Positions 38,289 to 48,096 of a stretch of 48,096 nucleotides of DNA are shown in pieces. The translations under genes and the position numbers were made by a program. The number at the start of each line of letters is the position of its first letter. The first letter of the stretch is position 1. Location of the stretch: the sequence record SRR20825006_1018. The stretch is one strand, 5' to 3'. The notes below the pieces were generated by a model, which made no database searches, was not told the origin of the DNA, and saw only the letters and a program-made list of their open reading frames with translations.

Positions 38289-38535
38289 GTTCGGGACGCG
38301 GTGGAAAGAAAACCATCAGAACCAGAGTAGAGCAATCGTCCGACAAGCAGAGCGTTTTCCATGTGAAATCCTCTTGCCCAGCCGAAGAAAACTGGGGAAC
38401 ATTTCACCGTCAGACGAAAAGAGATCATTCAGAAGCCACACGACTGACCAAAATCTGCCGCCGCATTTGGGACATTGGAAGTGTCGACAGACACCCCAGA
38501 ATGCCACACGAATGCATTTCACCTGCAATTCGGCC

Positions 38536-38563
38536 TTGACAGGAATGGCACAGCCGCCATACT
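38536..38563 (+). promoter_or_regulatory. Putative sigma70 promoter of rpsL
   Basis: TTGACA-16 bp-CATACT, ~70 bp upstream of rpsL. Confidence 0.55.
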
Positions 38564-38632
38564 TCGCCGCTTGCAAAAATCTCGGCCCAAGTTGCGTGCC
38601 GCGACACATCACCGTCCAATTGCATTGTTTTC

Positions 38633-38998
38633 ATGCCAACGATCAATCAACTCGTCCGTAAAAACCGGAAGCAGAAGAAGAGCCAGAGCAAGTCGCCGGT
38701 TCTCGAGAAATGCCCTCAAAAACAGGGTGTTTGCCTGCAAGTCCGGACCATGACCCCTAAGAAGCCAAACTCGGCTTTGCGGAAGATCACCCGGGTTCGA
38801 TTGAGCAACGGCAAAGAAGTCACCGTTTACATCCCCGGCGAAGGCCACAACCTGCAGGAGCACTCGATCGTGCTTGTTCGCGGTGGTCGTGTTCGCGATT
38901 TGCCCGGTGTTCGATACCAAGTTGTCCGCGGTTCACGCGACGCATTGGGTGTCGATGGCCGTAAGCAATCTCGCAGCCGTTACGGAGCCAAGAAGTAA
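38633..38998 (+). CDS. rpsL: 30S ribosomal protein S12
   Basis: [34 protein letters not shown]. Confidence 0.99.
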   Translation: MPTINQLVRKNRKQKKSQSKSPVLEKCPQKQGVCLQVRTMTPKKPNSALRKITRVRLSNGKEVTVYIPGEGHNLQEHSIVLVRGGRVRDLPGVRYQVVRGSRDALGVDGRKQSRSRYGAKK

Positions 38999-39072
38999 GG
39001 TTTCACCCTTCACTTCTCGGCCTCTGTCGTTTCCAAATCATTCACTTCCCTTCGTAGCTCGATCAGACATTC

Positions 39073-39546
39073 ATGGGACGCATCACTTCCAGCCGCTCGC
39101 AACTCATCGGCGACCCGCGGCACCACTCGTTGCTGGCTAGCAAATTCATCAACTGCTTGATGCTGGACGGAAAGAAGACCACCGCGCAGCGAGTCTTCTA
39201 CGATGCCCTGGAAGAGATCGGCAAACGTCACGAAGGCGAAGAGACCCCCATCGAAGTCTTCGAAGCGGCCTTGGAAAACATCAAGCCGTACATCGAAGTT
39301 CGCAGCAAGCGAGTCGGTGGTGCGAGTTACCAAGTTCCTATGCAGGTCAACAAAGCTCGCCAACAGAGCCTCGCGATCCGCTGGATCCTGGCTGCCGTTC
39401 GCGACAAAAAGGGCCGCCCAATGGCTTTGAAACTGGCCGATGAATTGCTGGCTGGCTTCAAAAAAGAAGGCGCCGCCTACACCAAACGCGAAAACACGCA
39501 CCGCATGGCCGACGCCAACAAGGCATTCGCTCACTTCGCATGGTGA
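39073..39546 (+). CDS. rpsG: 30S ribosomal protein S7
   Basis: [28 protein letters not shown]. Confidence 0.99.
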   Translation: MGRITSSRSQLIGDPRHHSLLASKFINCLMLDGKKTTAQRVFYDALEEIGKRHEGEETPIEVFEAALENIKPYIEVRSKRVGGASYQVPMQVNKARQQSLAIRWILAAVRDKKGRPMALKLADELLAGFKKEGAAYTKRENTHRMADANKAFAHFAW

Positions 39547-39612
39547 TCCACCACGTACGACTGAATTGATTTTCAGCCGCTACGCGCGATGCACTCTAAC
39601 GTTCACAATTGG

Positions 39613-39648
39613 TCGCGATTCGGTTCTGCCGGATCGCGATTTTTCTTT
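39613..39648 (+). terminator. Intrinsic terminator-like hairpin between rpsG and fusA
   Basis: tcgcgattcgg-ttctg-ccggatcgcga (11 bp, one G-U pair) followed by tttttcttt. Confidence 0.7.
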
Positions 39649-39689
39649 GCGCCTTCGCTCCAAACCGCTTTCCAACGCACCGACCCGCC

Positions 39690-41783
39690 ATGGCCGCCGA
39701 CATATCCAAGATTCGCAACATTGGGATCATCGCCCACATCGACGCTGGCAAAACCACTGTCACCGAGCGAATGCTCTACCTCAGCGGCGCGAAACACCGG
39801 GTTGGACGAGTGGACCACGGCACCACCGACACCGATGACGACCCCGAAGAACAAGAACGCGGCATCACGATCTTCAGCGCCTGCGTGAAGTACGCCTGGG
39901 GCGACTACAACGTCAACCTGCTGGACACTCCAGGCCACGTGGACTTCACCGCCGAAGTCGAACGCTGCCTCCGAGTCCTGGACGGAGCAGTCGTGGTGTT
40001 CTCCGCTCGCGAAGGCGTCGAGGCCCAAAGCGAAACCGTGTGGCGCCAGGCCGATCGCTACGAAGTCCCTCGCATCGTGTTCATCAACAAAATGGACCGC
40101 GAAGGAGCAAGCTTCGAGACCGTTTTCAATGACATCGGACCGCGATTGGGCGGCCGCCCCGTTGCGGTTGAACTGCCCGTCGGCGAAGGGCCCGCCCACG
40201 TCGACAACCCGTTCCGAGGTGTCATCGACCTGGTCGACATGAAGCTGCTGCAGTTCGATCCGGAAACTGAAGGCAAACAGGTCACCGAAACCAATCTGCC
40301 AGACGAACTGGCTGACGACGCTGCGATCTGGCGAGAGCAAATGCTGGAAGCGGTCTACGAGATGAGCGAAGACGCCATGAGCCTTGCAATGGAGGACAAA
40401 GAAGTCCCTCGCGATGTGATCCTGGCGGCACTGCGAAAGGGCTGCCTCGACCGAACCATCCAACCTGTCTTCTGCGGCTCCGCCCTTCATGGAATCGGCG
40501 TGCAGCCGCTGATGACCGGCGTCGGAAATTTCCTCCCCAGCCCACTCGATCGACCGGCAGTCGAAGGCCACGACCCCAAGAAACCAGACAAGACACTTTC
40601 ACGAAACCCAGACCCCAAAGAGCCATTTTGCGGTCTCGTCTTTAAGATTCTGCCCGCCAAAACAGGCGACAACTACTGGATTCGGATTTACAGCGGCGAG
40701 CTGAAACAAAACTCTCGCGTGCATTGCCCCAATCGAGACAAGAAGGAAAACGTCGCCCAAATCTGGCAGATTCACGCGACCAAAAAGGACCGCGACGGCC
40801 AAGTCGACTCCGTCGGAGCGGGTGACATCTGCTGCGTGATCGGACCGCGCTTCGCCATCACCGGCGACACCGTCTGCGACACAAAGGAACTGATCGAACT
40901 TCCCAGCATCAAATTTGCCGAGACAGTGCTCTCGATGGCGATCGAACCTGAAAGCACGGCGGACCGGAAGAAGCTGGAGGAAACCCTCGACATGCTTCGC
41001 CGCCAAGACCCAACCTTCCGGGCGGTCGACAACGAAGAGATCGGCCAGACGATCATCAGCGGGATGGGCGAACTGCACCTGGAAGTCATCCAGCACCGCC
41101 TGACTCGCGACTTTGGCCTGAACGTGAAGTTCTACAAGCCTCGAGTGAACTACCGAGAGACCATTGGCGGCAGCGCCGAACTGGTCGGCCAATGCAACCG
41201 CGTTGTCGGCTCCACCCAGATGTTCGCACGCCTGAAAGTGAAGATCAGCCCGACCGAAAACCCATCCGATCCAGTGATCGTCTTCGACCGACTTCCTCCC
41301 GACGTCGGCCTGCCCAACGCTGTCCGCAGTGCAGCGATCGACGAAATTCGCGACCGAGCCGAAGGCGGCGGTATGATCGCCGGATTCCCGCTCTCGGGCG
41401 TCCGCATCGACGTCATGGACGCCGAAATGGCCGAAGAAGGCAGCGACGAAGTTGCCTTTCGAATTGCCGCTGGCGATGCCTTCGAAAGCGGCTTGCAAGC
41501 CGCCGGGCCCGTGCTCTTAGAACCCGTCATGCGAGTCGAGGTCACCACACCAGAAGACTACATGGGCGAGATCGTCGGCGACCTGCAACAGCGTCGCGCC
41601 ATCATCGCATCCACCGAAAGCCGCGGGGCCATGACCGTGATCACGGCACACGCTCCACTGAAAGAAATGTTTGGCTACTCCGGAGCCGTACGAAGCCTCA
41701 GCCAAGGCCGAGCGGGAAGCAGCATGGAACCCTACGGCTACCAGGCAGCCCCCAAAGAAGACGCCGACAGCTTCCAGTACTAG
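39690..41783 (+). CDS. fusA: Elongation factor G (divergent paralog)
   Basis: RNIGIIAHIDAGKTT, ERGITI, DTPGHVDF, NKMDR, GMGELHLE, LLEPVM; str-operon position. Confidence 0.95.
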   Translation: MAADISKIRNIGIIAHIDAGKTTVTERMLYLSGAKHRVGRVDHGTTDTDDDPEEQERGITIFSACVKYAWGDYNVNLLDTPGHVDFTAEVERCLRVLDGAVVVFSAREGVEAQSETVWRQADRYEVPRIVFINKMDREGASFETVFNDIGPRLGGRPVAVELPVGEGPAHVDNPFRGVIDLVDMKLLQFDPETEGKQVTETNLPDELADDAAIWREQMLEAVYEMSEDAMSLAMEDKEVPRDVILAALRKGCLDRTIQPVFCGSALHGIGVQPLMTGVGNFLPSPLDRPAVEGHDPKKPDKTLSRNPDPKEPFCGLVFKILPAKTGDNYWIRIYSGELKQNSRVHCPNRDKKENVAQIWQIHATKKDRDGQVDSVGAGDICCVIGPRFAITGDTVCDTKELIELPSIKFAETVLSMAIEPESTADRKKLEETLDMLRRQDPTFRAVDNEEIGQTIISGMGELHLEVIQHRLTRDFGLNVKFYKPRVNYRETIGGSAELVGQCNRVVGSTQMFARLKVKISPTENPSDPVIVFDRLPPDVGLPNAVRSAAIDEIRDRAEGGGMIAGFPLSGVRIDVMDAEMAEEGSDEVAFRIAAGDAFESGLQAAGPVLLEPVMRVEVTTPEDYMGEIVGDLQQRRAIIASTESRGAMTVITAHAPLKEMFGYSGAVRSLSQGRAGSSMEPYGYQAAPKEDADSFQY

Positions 41784-41966
41784 TATTGCCGTCGGCCAGC
41801 AAACGACAGAGCGACGGCCTGGAGCGACCACAGAGCACCCGGCCTTTTCGTAAACCGCCAGGCACAACTCAGTTCAACGCGACCTCGCTGCGACCAAAAA
41901 TCAGCCAAGAGCAAAGACCAGCGACATTCAACTCTGCGCTAGCCCGATGACAGGCTGCCGAGGCAG

Positions 41967-42515
41967 CTACGGAGCCTCGACCTGAGTGGGAGCAATCACC
42001 ATCGCATCCTCGGGACCGCCTGACCAAGCAGGCAACTGGACCTGCGTAGCGACCCATCCGCCATGCACGACCTTTCCCTGCGAGGCCCCGGACGCCTCGC
42101 CAACCCAACGCAAACGAGCAGACGACGCATCGGTTTCTACCGGGATCACCCCGCCGTTTTCGGCATCAACGAGTGGCTTGATTGCCAACAACCGATCCAA
42201 GGTTTGGCGACACTGCTTTAAACAAGGCCGCGCCGCGGCACCGACCTGATCATCACCATACTGGTCCAGATTCTCGTGGATCAAATCCACCAGCCGACCG
42301 TCTCTCTGAAGCGCCCCCAATAACGCGATTGCGTCGCTCTGCGCCGGCGTCTGCCGAACCGGCTTCGCGGGCGCCTGCTCCACAGCAGCCGGCACGGACT
42401 TCGCTGACGACGAAGACGCCAAATCGACGCCATCCAAAGCCAACGCCACTCGCTCAGCGACCTCCCGGTCAAACATTGCCTGCCAAAACGCTCTCAGAGC
42501 CAAACCCAAACGCAT
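41967..42515 (-). CDS. DUF2760 domain-containing protein
   Basis: AIALLGALQRDGRLVDL..E....Y.DDQVGAAAR, VHGGW, VIAPTQVE. Confidence 0.85.
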   Translation of the reverse strand: MRLGLALRAFWQAMFDREVAERVALALDGVDLASSSSAKSVPAAVEQAPAKPVRQTPAQSDAIALLGALQRDGRLVDLIHENLDQYGDDQVGAAARPCLKQCRQTLDRLLAIKPLVDAENGGVIPVETDASSARLRWVGEASGASQGKVVHGGWVATQVQLPAWSGGPEDAMVIAPTQVEAP

Positions 42516-42606
42516 CTCGATGCTACCTCAAGAACCAATCACGAGCAGAAAACGCCGACAAACCTAGCTGACCGCCAAGCCCAATGAACACGAACCAGAG
42601 ACTGAG

Positions 42607-43911
42607 CTACGAAGCCGACGAAGCGACAGGCCCCGCGTCCGCTTTTCCGGCCGCCAGACACTTCCCAATCTGGCGAACCGCCTGACGCAAGCGGTGCTCA
42701 TTCTCAACCAAAGACATCCGCAAATAGCCTTCACCCGCGGCACCAAAACCACTGCCTGGACTGACCGCCACGTTGCCGTCTTCCAGCAACATCATTGCGA
42801 AATCCATGGTGCTCATCTGGCTCTTCCAAGGCTCGGGAACCTCAGCCCAAACGAACATCCCCGCCTTCGGCGGATTGACATTCCAACCGAGTCGCCGCAA
42901 ACCGCTAACCAACACATCGCGCCGACTTTGATAGACCTCAGACTGCTTTGCAACGGTCGCTTCGGTTTCGCGAAGAGCCACAATCGCGGCGATCTGAATC
43001 GCCTGGAACATGCCGTAGTCGTAATAGCCCTTGATCGTACCCAAGCCACGAACCATATCCGCGTTCCCAGCGCAGAAACCAACACGCCAACCGGCCATGT
43101 TGTACCCCTTGCTCATCGTCGTGAATTCAACCCCCACATCCTTGGCACCAGGAGCGGAAAGAAAACTCGGCGGCACATAACCATCGAACGCCACGTCGGC
43201 GTAGGCGAAGTCATGAATGACCATCAAGCCGTACTTCTTCGCCAGGCGAACCACCTCAACAAAGAAGTCACCCTCGATCACCGCCGACGATGGGTTATGC
43301 GGGTAATTGACAATCAAAACCTTTGGCCGCGGCGTCAGGTTTTCGCAGGTGTAAGCCACGTTGCTGAGAAACTTATCGGGATCCGCGACATCGAGCGCCA
43401 CCACATTTCCCGACGCCAAAATCACGCCATACATGTGAACTGGAAAATACGGTGATGGAATGATCGCTGTGTCGCCCGGCCCCATCAAAGCCAAACACAT
43501 GTGCGAGAAACCTTCCTTGCTGCCCAAGCAAGCGATGATCTCGCCTTCGGGATCCAATCGCACGCCGTATTTGCGGTGATATTTGCTAGCCACCTCGCGA
43601 CGAAGATTTGTAATCCCGTTTGACTTGCTGTAGCCGTGGTTCCCGATATCAGCCGCCGCATCATTCAGTTTCTGAACAACGATCGGATCCGGCGGGTCCG
43701 ACGGATTGCCCATCCCCAGGTCAATGACATCATCCCCAGCACGCCGCTTTTGATACAGCAGGTTATTGATGCGCCCAAACATGTAAGGAGGCAAACGGTC
43801 GACCCGCGACGCCAACTTCACTTCGAATTCTGCTGGCTCAGGATCCGTCGTGGGCGAATCGATTGCGGGCGCGTCGATGTTGGGCGTGTCGGGATTGAAG
43901 GTGTCACTCAT
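42607..43911 (-). CDS. Class I/II PLP aminotransferase (AlaC / LL-DAP aminotransferase-like)
   Basis: [43 protein letters not shown]; start MSDTFNP. Confidence 0.9.
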   Translation of the reverse strand: MSDTFNPDTPNIDAPAIDSPTTDPEPAEFEVKLASRVDRLPPYMFGRINNLLYQKRRAGDDVIDLGMGNPSDPPDPIVVQKLNDAAADIGNHGYSKSNGITNLRREVASKYHRKYGVRLDPEGEIIACLGSKEGFSHMCLALMGPGDTAIIPSPYFPVHMYGVILASGNVVALDVADPDKFLSNVAYTCENLTPRPKVLIVNYPHNPSSAVIEGDFFVEVVRLAKKYGLMVIHDFAYADVAFDGYVPPSFLSAPGAKDVGVEFTTMSKGYNMAGWRVGFCAGNADMVRGLGTIKGYYDYGMFQAIQIAAIVALRETEATVAKQSEVYQSRRDVLVSGLRRLGWNVNPPKAGMFVWAEVPEPWKSQMSTMDFAMMLLEDGNVAVSPGSGFGAAGEGYLRMSLVENEHRLRQAVRQIGKCLAAGKADAGPVASSAS

Positions 43912-44041
43912 TTTGACGCCAAGGTTAAAATTGCCAGGAAATAAACGAAAACCGCCAGCCCTCTCGAGACCAACGCGGGCCGCATTCTCACACGCATCCG
44001 CCACATTCGTGTAGGGGGAATCAAACTTTTGGGTCGGATTT

Positions 44042-44602
44042 TCAATCGAACTGCAATCGAACCAACCATTCCGCGACGCTGAGAACGCCGAGAAACACGA
44101 CACCAAAACCAACCCACCAGTTCACCCTGCGAGACAAACAGCGGCCATACCAAACCAACCTCAAACCCAACACCAACAACACCAAAACGAAAAAACCCAG
44201 CAACATCCCCGACAAATTGGCGGAAGCGGAGGCAACCAAATCACCCCGCGTCAACCAACTCCAAGAAGTCGTCATCCCGCACGCAGGGCACCGAACCCCA
44301 AACAACATCCGCATCGAGCACGGGGGCAGCCCCAACTGCTGATGCGTCCCCAGCCCTGCCGACGCTGGCGACAACGAACGAGCCACACCGAGCAACCCAC
44401 CGCCGACCAACACCCAAACGGCAACAAGCCCGCGAACACCAAAACCGCACGACTCCCCCGACAAACCGACGAGCGACCGGGCACAGCCAACATCAATACA
44501 ATCGGAACCAACACCGCCTGAAGAAGCAGACGATTCGCCTTCAAGTTCAACGCCCAATCGATCATCCGCCCCGAAAAAAGCCCAACGAAAGCAAACCAAC
44601 AA
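44042..44602 (-). CDS. DUF2752 domain-containing membrane protein
   Basis: [25 protein letters not shown] motif and TM helices; start uncertain. Confidence 0.82.
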   Translation of the reverse strand: MLVCFRWAFFGADDRLGVELEGESSASSGGVGSDCIDVGCARSLVGLSGESCGFGVRGLVAVWVLVGGGLLGVARSLSPASAGLGTHQQLGLPPCSMRMLFGVRCPACGMTTSWSWLTRGDLVASASANLSGMLLGFFVLVLLVLGLRLVWYGRCLSRRVNWWVGFGVVFLGVLSVAEWLVRLQFD

Positions 44603-44835
44603 ACCCTCTCAACCCACTTTGCCCCGCCTATTCAAGGCAAGTCAACCAACACCGACTCAAGGGAACGAACAATCGCGTCGATGACCATTGCCTTGGAGAA
44701 TCGAAAACACGAAAGACAGAGAGCGCAAAAGAGGCGAATCCACGCTTCCTAGCACGGAACAGGCCGCGACATGTCGCTGCCAAGATCAATCCAGGCAAAA
44801 TCAACGGCTTTTTTTAATCAATTGTTCAAAAGCCG

Positions 44836-44864
44836 TTGACGCTCAATGACGTCAACCGTACATT
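44836..44864 (+). promoter_or_regulatory. Putative sigma70 promoter of the S10 operon
   Basis: TTGACG-17 bp-TACATT with an AT-rich UP-like region upstream. Confidence 0.65.
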
Positions 44865-44933
44865 CTCGCCTCCCCACGGCAAAGTTGCTGTGAGGAATGG
44901 ACTCGTTTCTCGTTCCCGACTTGGAAGTAAGCA

Positions 44934-45260
44934 GTGTCAACCGGCCCCAGCGAAGTCATCCGCATTCGAATGGAAGCGTACGACCATGCCGTGCTGGACC
45001 AGAGTGCCCGCGACATTGTCGACACCGTCAAAGCGACCGCCAGCATTGTGCATGGCCCGATCCCTTTGCCAACCCGAATCGAACGATACACGGTTCTGTC
45101 GAGCCCCTTCGTCAACAAGAAGGCTCGCCAACAATATGAAATCCGAACGCACAAGCGTTTGGTGGACATCGTTCAGGCATCCGCCAAGACGATCGAAGCA
45201 CTCAACAAGCTAAGCCTGCCGGCTGGTGTCGATATCAAGATCAAGGCGTCCGCCCGCTGA
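44934..45260 (+). CDS. rpsJ: 30S ribosomal protein S10
   Basis: [33 protein letters not shown]. Confidence 0.99.
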   Translation: MSTGPSEVIRIRMEAYDHAVLDQSARDIVDTVKATASIVHGPIPLPTRIERYTVLSSPFVNKKARQQYEIRTHKRLVDIVQASAKTIEALNKLSLPAGVDIKIKASAR

Positions 45261-45594
45261 TCGGTCGACAATCGCACTTCGCAACCCCGGCACTCAACTG
45301 ACAAAGAGCCATCACTGACCGAGCCACCGCGAATCACTTCGCTGGCAAAACCAGTCTTCAACCGGCCTCCCAGTCAGAACAAGATCGGACCCCACGGCAA
45401 CATGCCACCTCACCGGGGACCGACTCAAGTTACCCCATCACACACACGAATTGGTCACGGTTTTCCGCATGGTCGGATGTCGCGGCGAAATCACTCAGGC
45501 TCGGCGTCCGCCGATCACATGAGCAGATCGCCTCGAAGGTCTCGGAACTCCTAACGAATCGCACATCGCTCGCTAACCGCGAGCAGGAACTGTT

Positions 45595-46281
45595 ATGTCA
45601 CCATCTATTCTTGGCCGTAAAATTGGGATGACTCAGATCTTCCTGGAAGACGGAACCGCTGTTCCCGTCACGGTCGTGCAAGCTGGCCCTTGCCACGTGC
45701 TTCAAGTACGCAGCAAAGACCGCGACGGCTATGAAGCCGTTCAAATGGGTTTCGAAGACAAGCCTCGCCGCCTGGCAAAACGCAGTGAGCGTGGCCAAGT
45801 TGCTACCATCGAAAGCAAACGTTCTAAGAAACGCTCGGCCGCCGGAATCGAAGCTCCCGCCAAGGCAGATTGCGAACCACAACGATTCGTTCGCGAATTC
45901 CGCGGATCATCCGAAGCAAACGTCGGCGACACCCTCACCGTCGAGCAGTTCAACGACGTCAAGAAAGTCGACATCACCGGCACCAGCAAGGGCCGAGGCT
46001 TCGCCGGGGTCATGAAGCGACACAACTTCGCCGGCCAACGAGCAACACACGGCGTCAAGAAGTGCCACCGCCACGCTGGTGGTACCGGGATGAGTGCATC
46101 GCCTAGCCGCACATTCAAAGGCAAGCGAATGGCTGGCCAATACGGCAACGCCAAAGTCACCACCCGCAACCTGGAAGTCGTTCGCGTCGACGCAGAAAAC
46201 AACCTGCTGATGATTCGCGGTGCGGTTCCCGGACCCAACGGCGGCTTTGTCTCGATTCGTCAAACCAACAAAGTCGGCTGA
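45595..46281 (+). CDS. rplC: 50S ribosomal protein L3
   Basis: LGRKIGMTQIF, SKGRGFAGVMKRHNF, GAVPG. Confidence 0.99.
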   Translation: MSPSILGRKIGMTQIFLEDGTAVPVTVVQAGPCHVLQVRSKDRDGYEAVQMGFEDKPRRLAKRSERGQVATIESKRSKKRSAAGIEAPAKADCEPQRFVREFRGSSEANVGDTLTVEQFNDVKKVDITGTSKGRGFAGVMKRHNFAGQRATHGVKKCHRHAGGTGMSASPSRTFKGKRMAGQYGNAKVTTRNLEVVRVDAENNLLMIRGAVPGPNGGFVSIRQTNKVG

Positions 46282-46292
46282 GGAAAACAATC

Positions 46293-46961
46293 ATGGCAAA
46301 CCTACCTATCCTCGACGCCTCCGGCAAAGAAGTCGGCCAGTACGAGATCGACACCGAACAAATCGCCAACCGAGTCAGCAAACAACTGCTGCACGACGTG
46401 GTGGTCATGTACCAAGCCAACAAACGCCAAGGCTCGCACAACACGCGAACCCGCGGTCAAGTCAGCGGTACCAACAAGAAGATGTACCGCCAAAAGGGCA
46501 CCGGCAACGCACGTGCCGGCTCCAAGCGAACCAACGTTCGTCGTGGTGGTGGTGTTGCACGGACCGTCAAACCTCGCGACTACAGCTATCGCCTTCCCAA
46601 GAAAGCGATCAAGATCGCCACTCGCATGGCAATCCGCTCGCGAATCGACGACGGCGAAATCGTTGTCATCAACGAACTGAAGCTGGACGCACCAAAGACC
46701 AGCCAAATTGCTCAGATCCTAAAGAACCTCGGACTGGCGAACACGACCACTTTGATCGCAACCGCTGGCGATGACCAAATCATCTACAAGAGCGGTCGCA
46801 ACATCAGCGGCGTGACGGTCGAACCCGTTCGCCAACTGAACGCACTGACCCTGCTGACTCCAAAACGAGTACTCTTCACGCAAGAAGCACTGGACCGAGT
46901 CAAAGACGGCACATTCGCCGGTTCCACCCAGAACACCAACGAAGCGGAGGCAGCGGCCTGA
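46293..46961 (+). CDS. rplD: 50S ribosomal protein L4
   Basis: RQGSHNTRTRGQVSG, RQKGTGNARAGS, RRGGG. Confidence 0.99.
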   Translation: MANLPILDASGKEVGQYEIDTEQIANRVSKQLLHDVVVMYQANKRQGSHNTRTRGQVSGTNKKMYRQKGTGNARAGSKRTNVRRGGGVARTVKPRDYSYRLPKKAIKIATRMAIRSRIDDGEIVVINELKLDAPKTSQIAQILKNLGLANTTTLIATAGDDQIIYKSGRNISGVTVEPVRQLNALTLLTPKRVLFTQEALDRVKDGTFAGSTQNTNEAEAAA

Positions 46962-46962
46962 T

Positions 46963-47286
46963 ATGTCTGCGATCCAACCACCCAAACCTGTTGAACGTAA
47001 GATCGAACTGGAACCCCACCAGATCTTGCTGAAACCGCTCGTGACCGAAAAAGGCGTGCACCGCGCGACACGGAACAACCAATACGCGTTCCAAATTCAC
47101 CGCGATGCCACCAAATTGGACGTCAAAAAGGCTGTTGAACATTTGTTCGACGTCAAAGTCCTCAAGGTCCGCACCCAGACCCGCAAAGGGAAAGCCCGCC
47201 GGTTCAAATACAAGATTGGACGAACCAGCGACTGGAAGAAAGCAATCGTCTCGCTTCACGAAGACCATCGCATCGACTTCTTCTAG
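46963..47286 (+). CDS. rplW: 50S ribosomal protein L23
   Basis: PLVTEK, KKAVEHLFDVKV, WKKAIVSL. Confidence 0.98.
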   Translation: MSAIQPPKPVERKIELEPHQILLKPLVTEKGVHRATRNNQYAFQIHRDATKLDVKKAVEHLFDVKVLKVRTQTRKGKARRFKYKIGRTSDWKKAIVSLHEDHRIDFF

Positions 47287-47296
47287 GACACTGTGA

Positions 47297-47321
47297 AGGT
47301 CTTTGGGTTCACCAAAGACCT
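47297..47321 (+). other. Perfect 10-bp hairpin between rplW and rplB
   Basis: aggtctttgg-gttca-ccaaagacct; no U-tract. Confidence 0.7.
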
Positions 47322-47383
47322 GAAACCAATCTCAACGCAACACTTCCCCGCACAGAAACAGCTCGCAAGAAAAAGCGATACTC

Positions 47384-48096
47384 ATGGGCATCCGAATCTA
47401 CAAGCCGACCAGCGCCGGCCGACGCAACGCGTCGGTCAGCGACTTCAAGGAACTGACGCCTGGCTACACGCCAGAACGTTCCTTGCTGCGTCCAAAGACA
47501 AAAACCGGCGGACGGAACAACCAGGGCAAAATCACTTCACGTCACCGTGGTGGCGGGCACAAGCAAAAATATCGTGTCATCGACTTCCGTCGCGTTAAAG
47601 ACGGCGTCGTTGCAACGGTCGACTCGGTTCAGTATGACCCGAACCGCACCGCACGCATCGCTTTGCTGAAATACCCCGATGGCGAGAAGCATTACGTGAT
47701 CGCACCTTTGGGAGTGGCCGCGGGCGACAAACTACAAAACGGACCCGACGCACCTCCAGTGGTTGGCAACTGCTTGCCGCTGAAAAACATCCCTTTGGGA
47801 ACCTCGGTTTGCTGCATTGAAATGCGTGCCGGCCGCGGGGCAGTGATGTGCCGCTCGGCGGGAACGCAAGCAACCCTTCAAGCTCGCGAAGCTGATTGGG
47901 CCCAGCTGTTGCTTCCATCTGGCGAAGTGCGTCGTGTGCCAAGTGCTTGCCGTGCAACCATCGGCCAAGTCGGCAACAGCGACCACATGAATGTCGTACT
48001 CGGTAAGGCGGGTCGTTCACGTTGGTTGGGTCGTCGACCTCACGTTCGTGGTACTGCCATGAACCCGATCGATCACCCACACGGTGGTGGTGAAGG
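47384..48096 (+). CDS. rplB: 50S ribosomal protein L2 (3'-truncated by window end)
   Basis: Absent from the ORF track because it has no stop. ATG GGC ATC CGA ATC TAC AAG CCG ACC = [50 protein letters not shown]. Confidence 0.98.
   Translation, partial: MGIRIYKPTSAGRRNASVSDFKELTPGYTPERSLLRPKTKTGGRNNQGKITSRHRGGGHKQKYRVIDFRRVKDGVVATVDSVQYDPNRTARIALLKYPDGEKHYVIAPLGVAAGDKLQNGPDAPPVVGNCLPLKNIPLGTSVCCIEMRAGRGAVMCRSAGTQATLQAREADWAQLLLPSGEVRRVPSACRATIGQVGNSDHMNVVLGKAGRSRWLGRRPHVRGTAMNPIDHPHGGGE

Noticed and set aside
39603-41548. Long antisense ORFs (322, 299 and 132 aa) opposite fusA, and similar ones opposite the sulfatases, oxidoreductase and r-protein genes
   Set aside because: Expected antisense open frames from codon bias; the sense genes are unambiguous.
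47595-48080. 161-aa minus-strand ORF at the window end
   Set aside because: Antisense to rplB, which is clearly encoded on the + strand from 47384.
1-48096. tRNA/rRNA genes, IS transposases, integrases, prophage genes
   Set aside because: None recognised by eye; a tRNAscan/Rfam/ISfinder run would be needed to exclude them formally.

Overview
A GC-rich bacterial chromosome segment, almost certainly from a planctomycete of the Rhodopirellula/Pirellulaceae type. This is inferred from the DUF1553/DUF1549 cytochrome c + DUF1501 pair, two sulfatases, an ECF sigma/Ser-Thr kinase pair, an fhcB-like C1 gene and REP-like palindromes. The left ~33 kb is accessory: a DUF1570 peptidase-like gene; a minus-strand run encoding a membrane-anchored toxin-like nuclease domain, a small Cys-rich protein, a HEAT-repeat protein and a WXG100-like protein; orphan tadG/tadE; sulfatases; a FAD oxidoreductase followed by a doubly flavinylated NosR-like protein; a CHASE2 adenylate cyclase; a TIGR04222 protein; and a GxxExxY nuclease gene beside two long helically phased palindromes. 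The right ~15 kb is housekeeping: a hemD-hemE fusion, trmB, an enoyl-CoA hydratase, DUF72, rpsL-rpsG-fusA (no tuf; divergent EF-G behind a terminator), three opposite-strand genes, then rpsJ-rplC-rplD-rplW-rplB (partial). The best candidates for an undescribed system are the GxxExxY gene with its duplicated palindromes and the toxin-domain/Cys-protein/HEAT/WXG100-like cluster. All family calls come from motif recognition by eye; no database searches were run.
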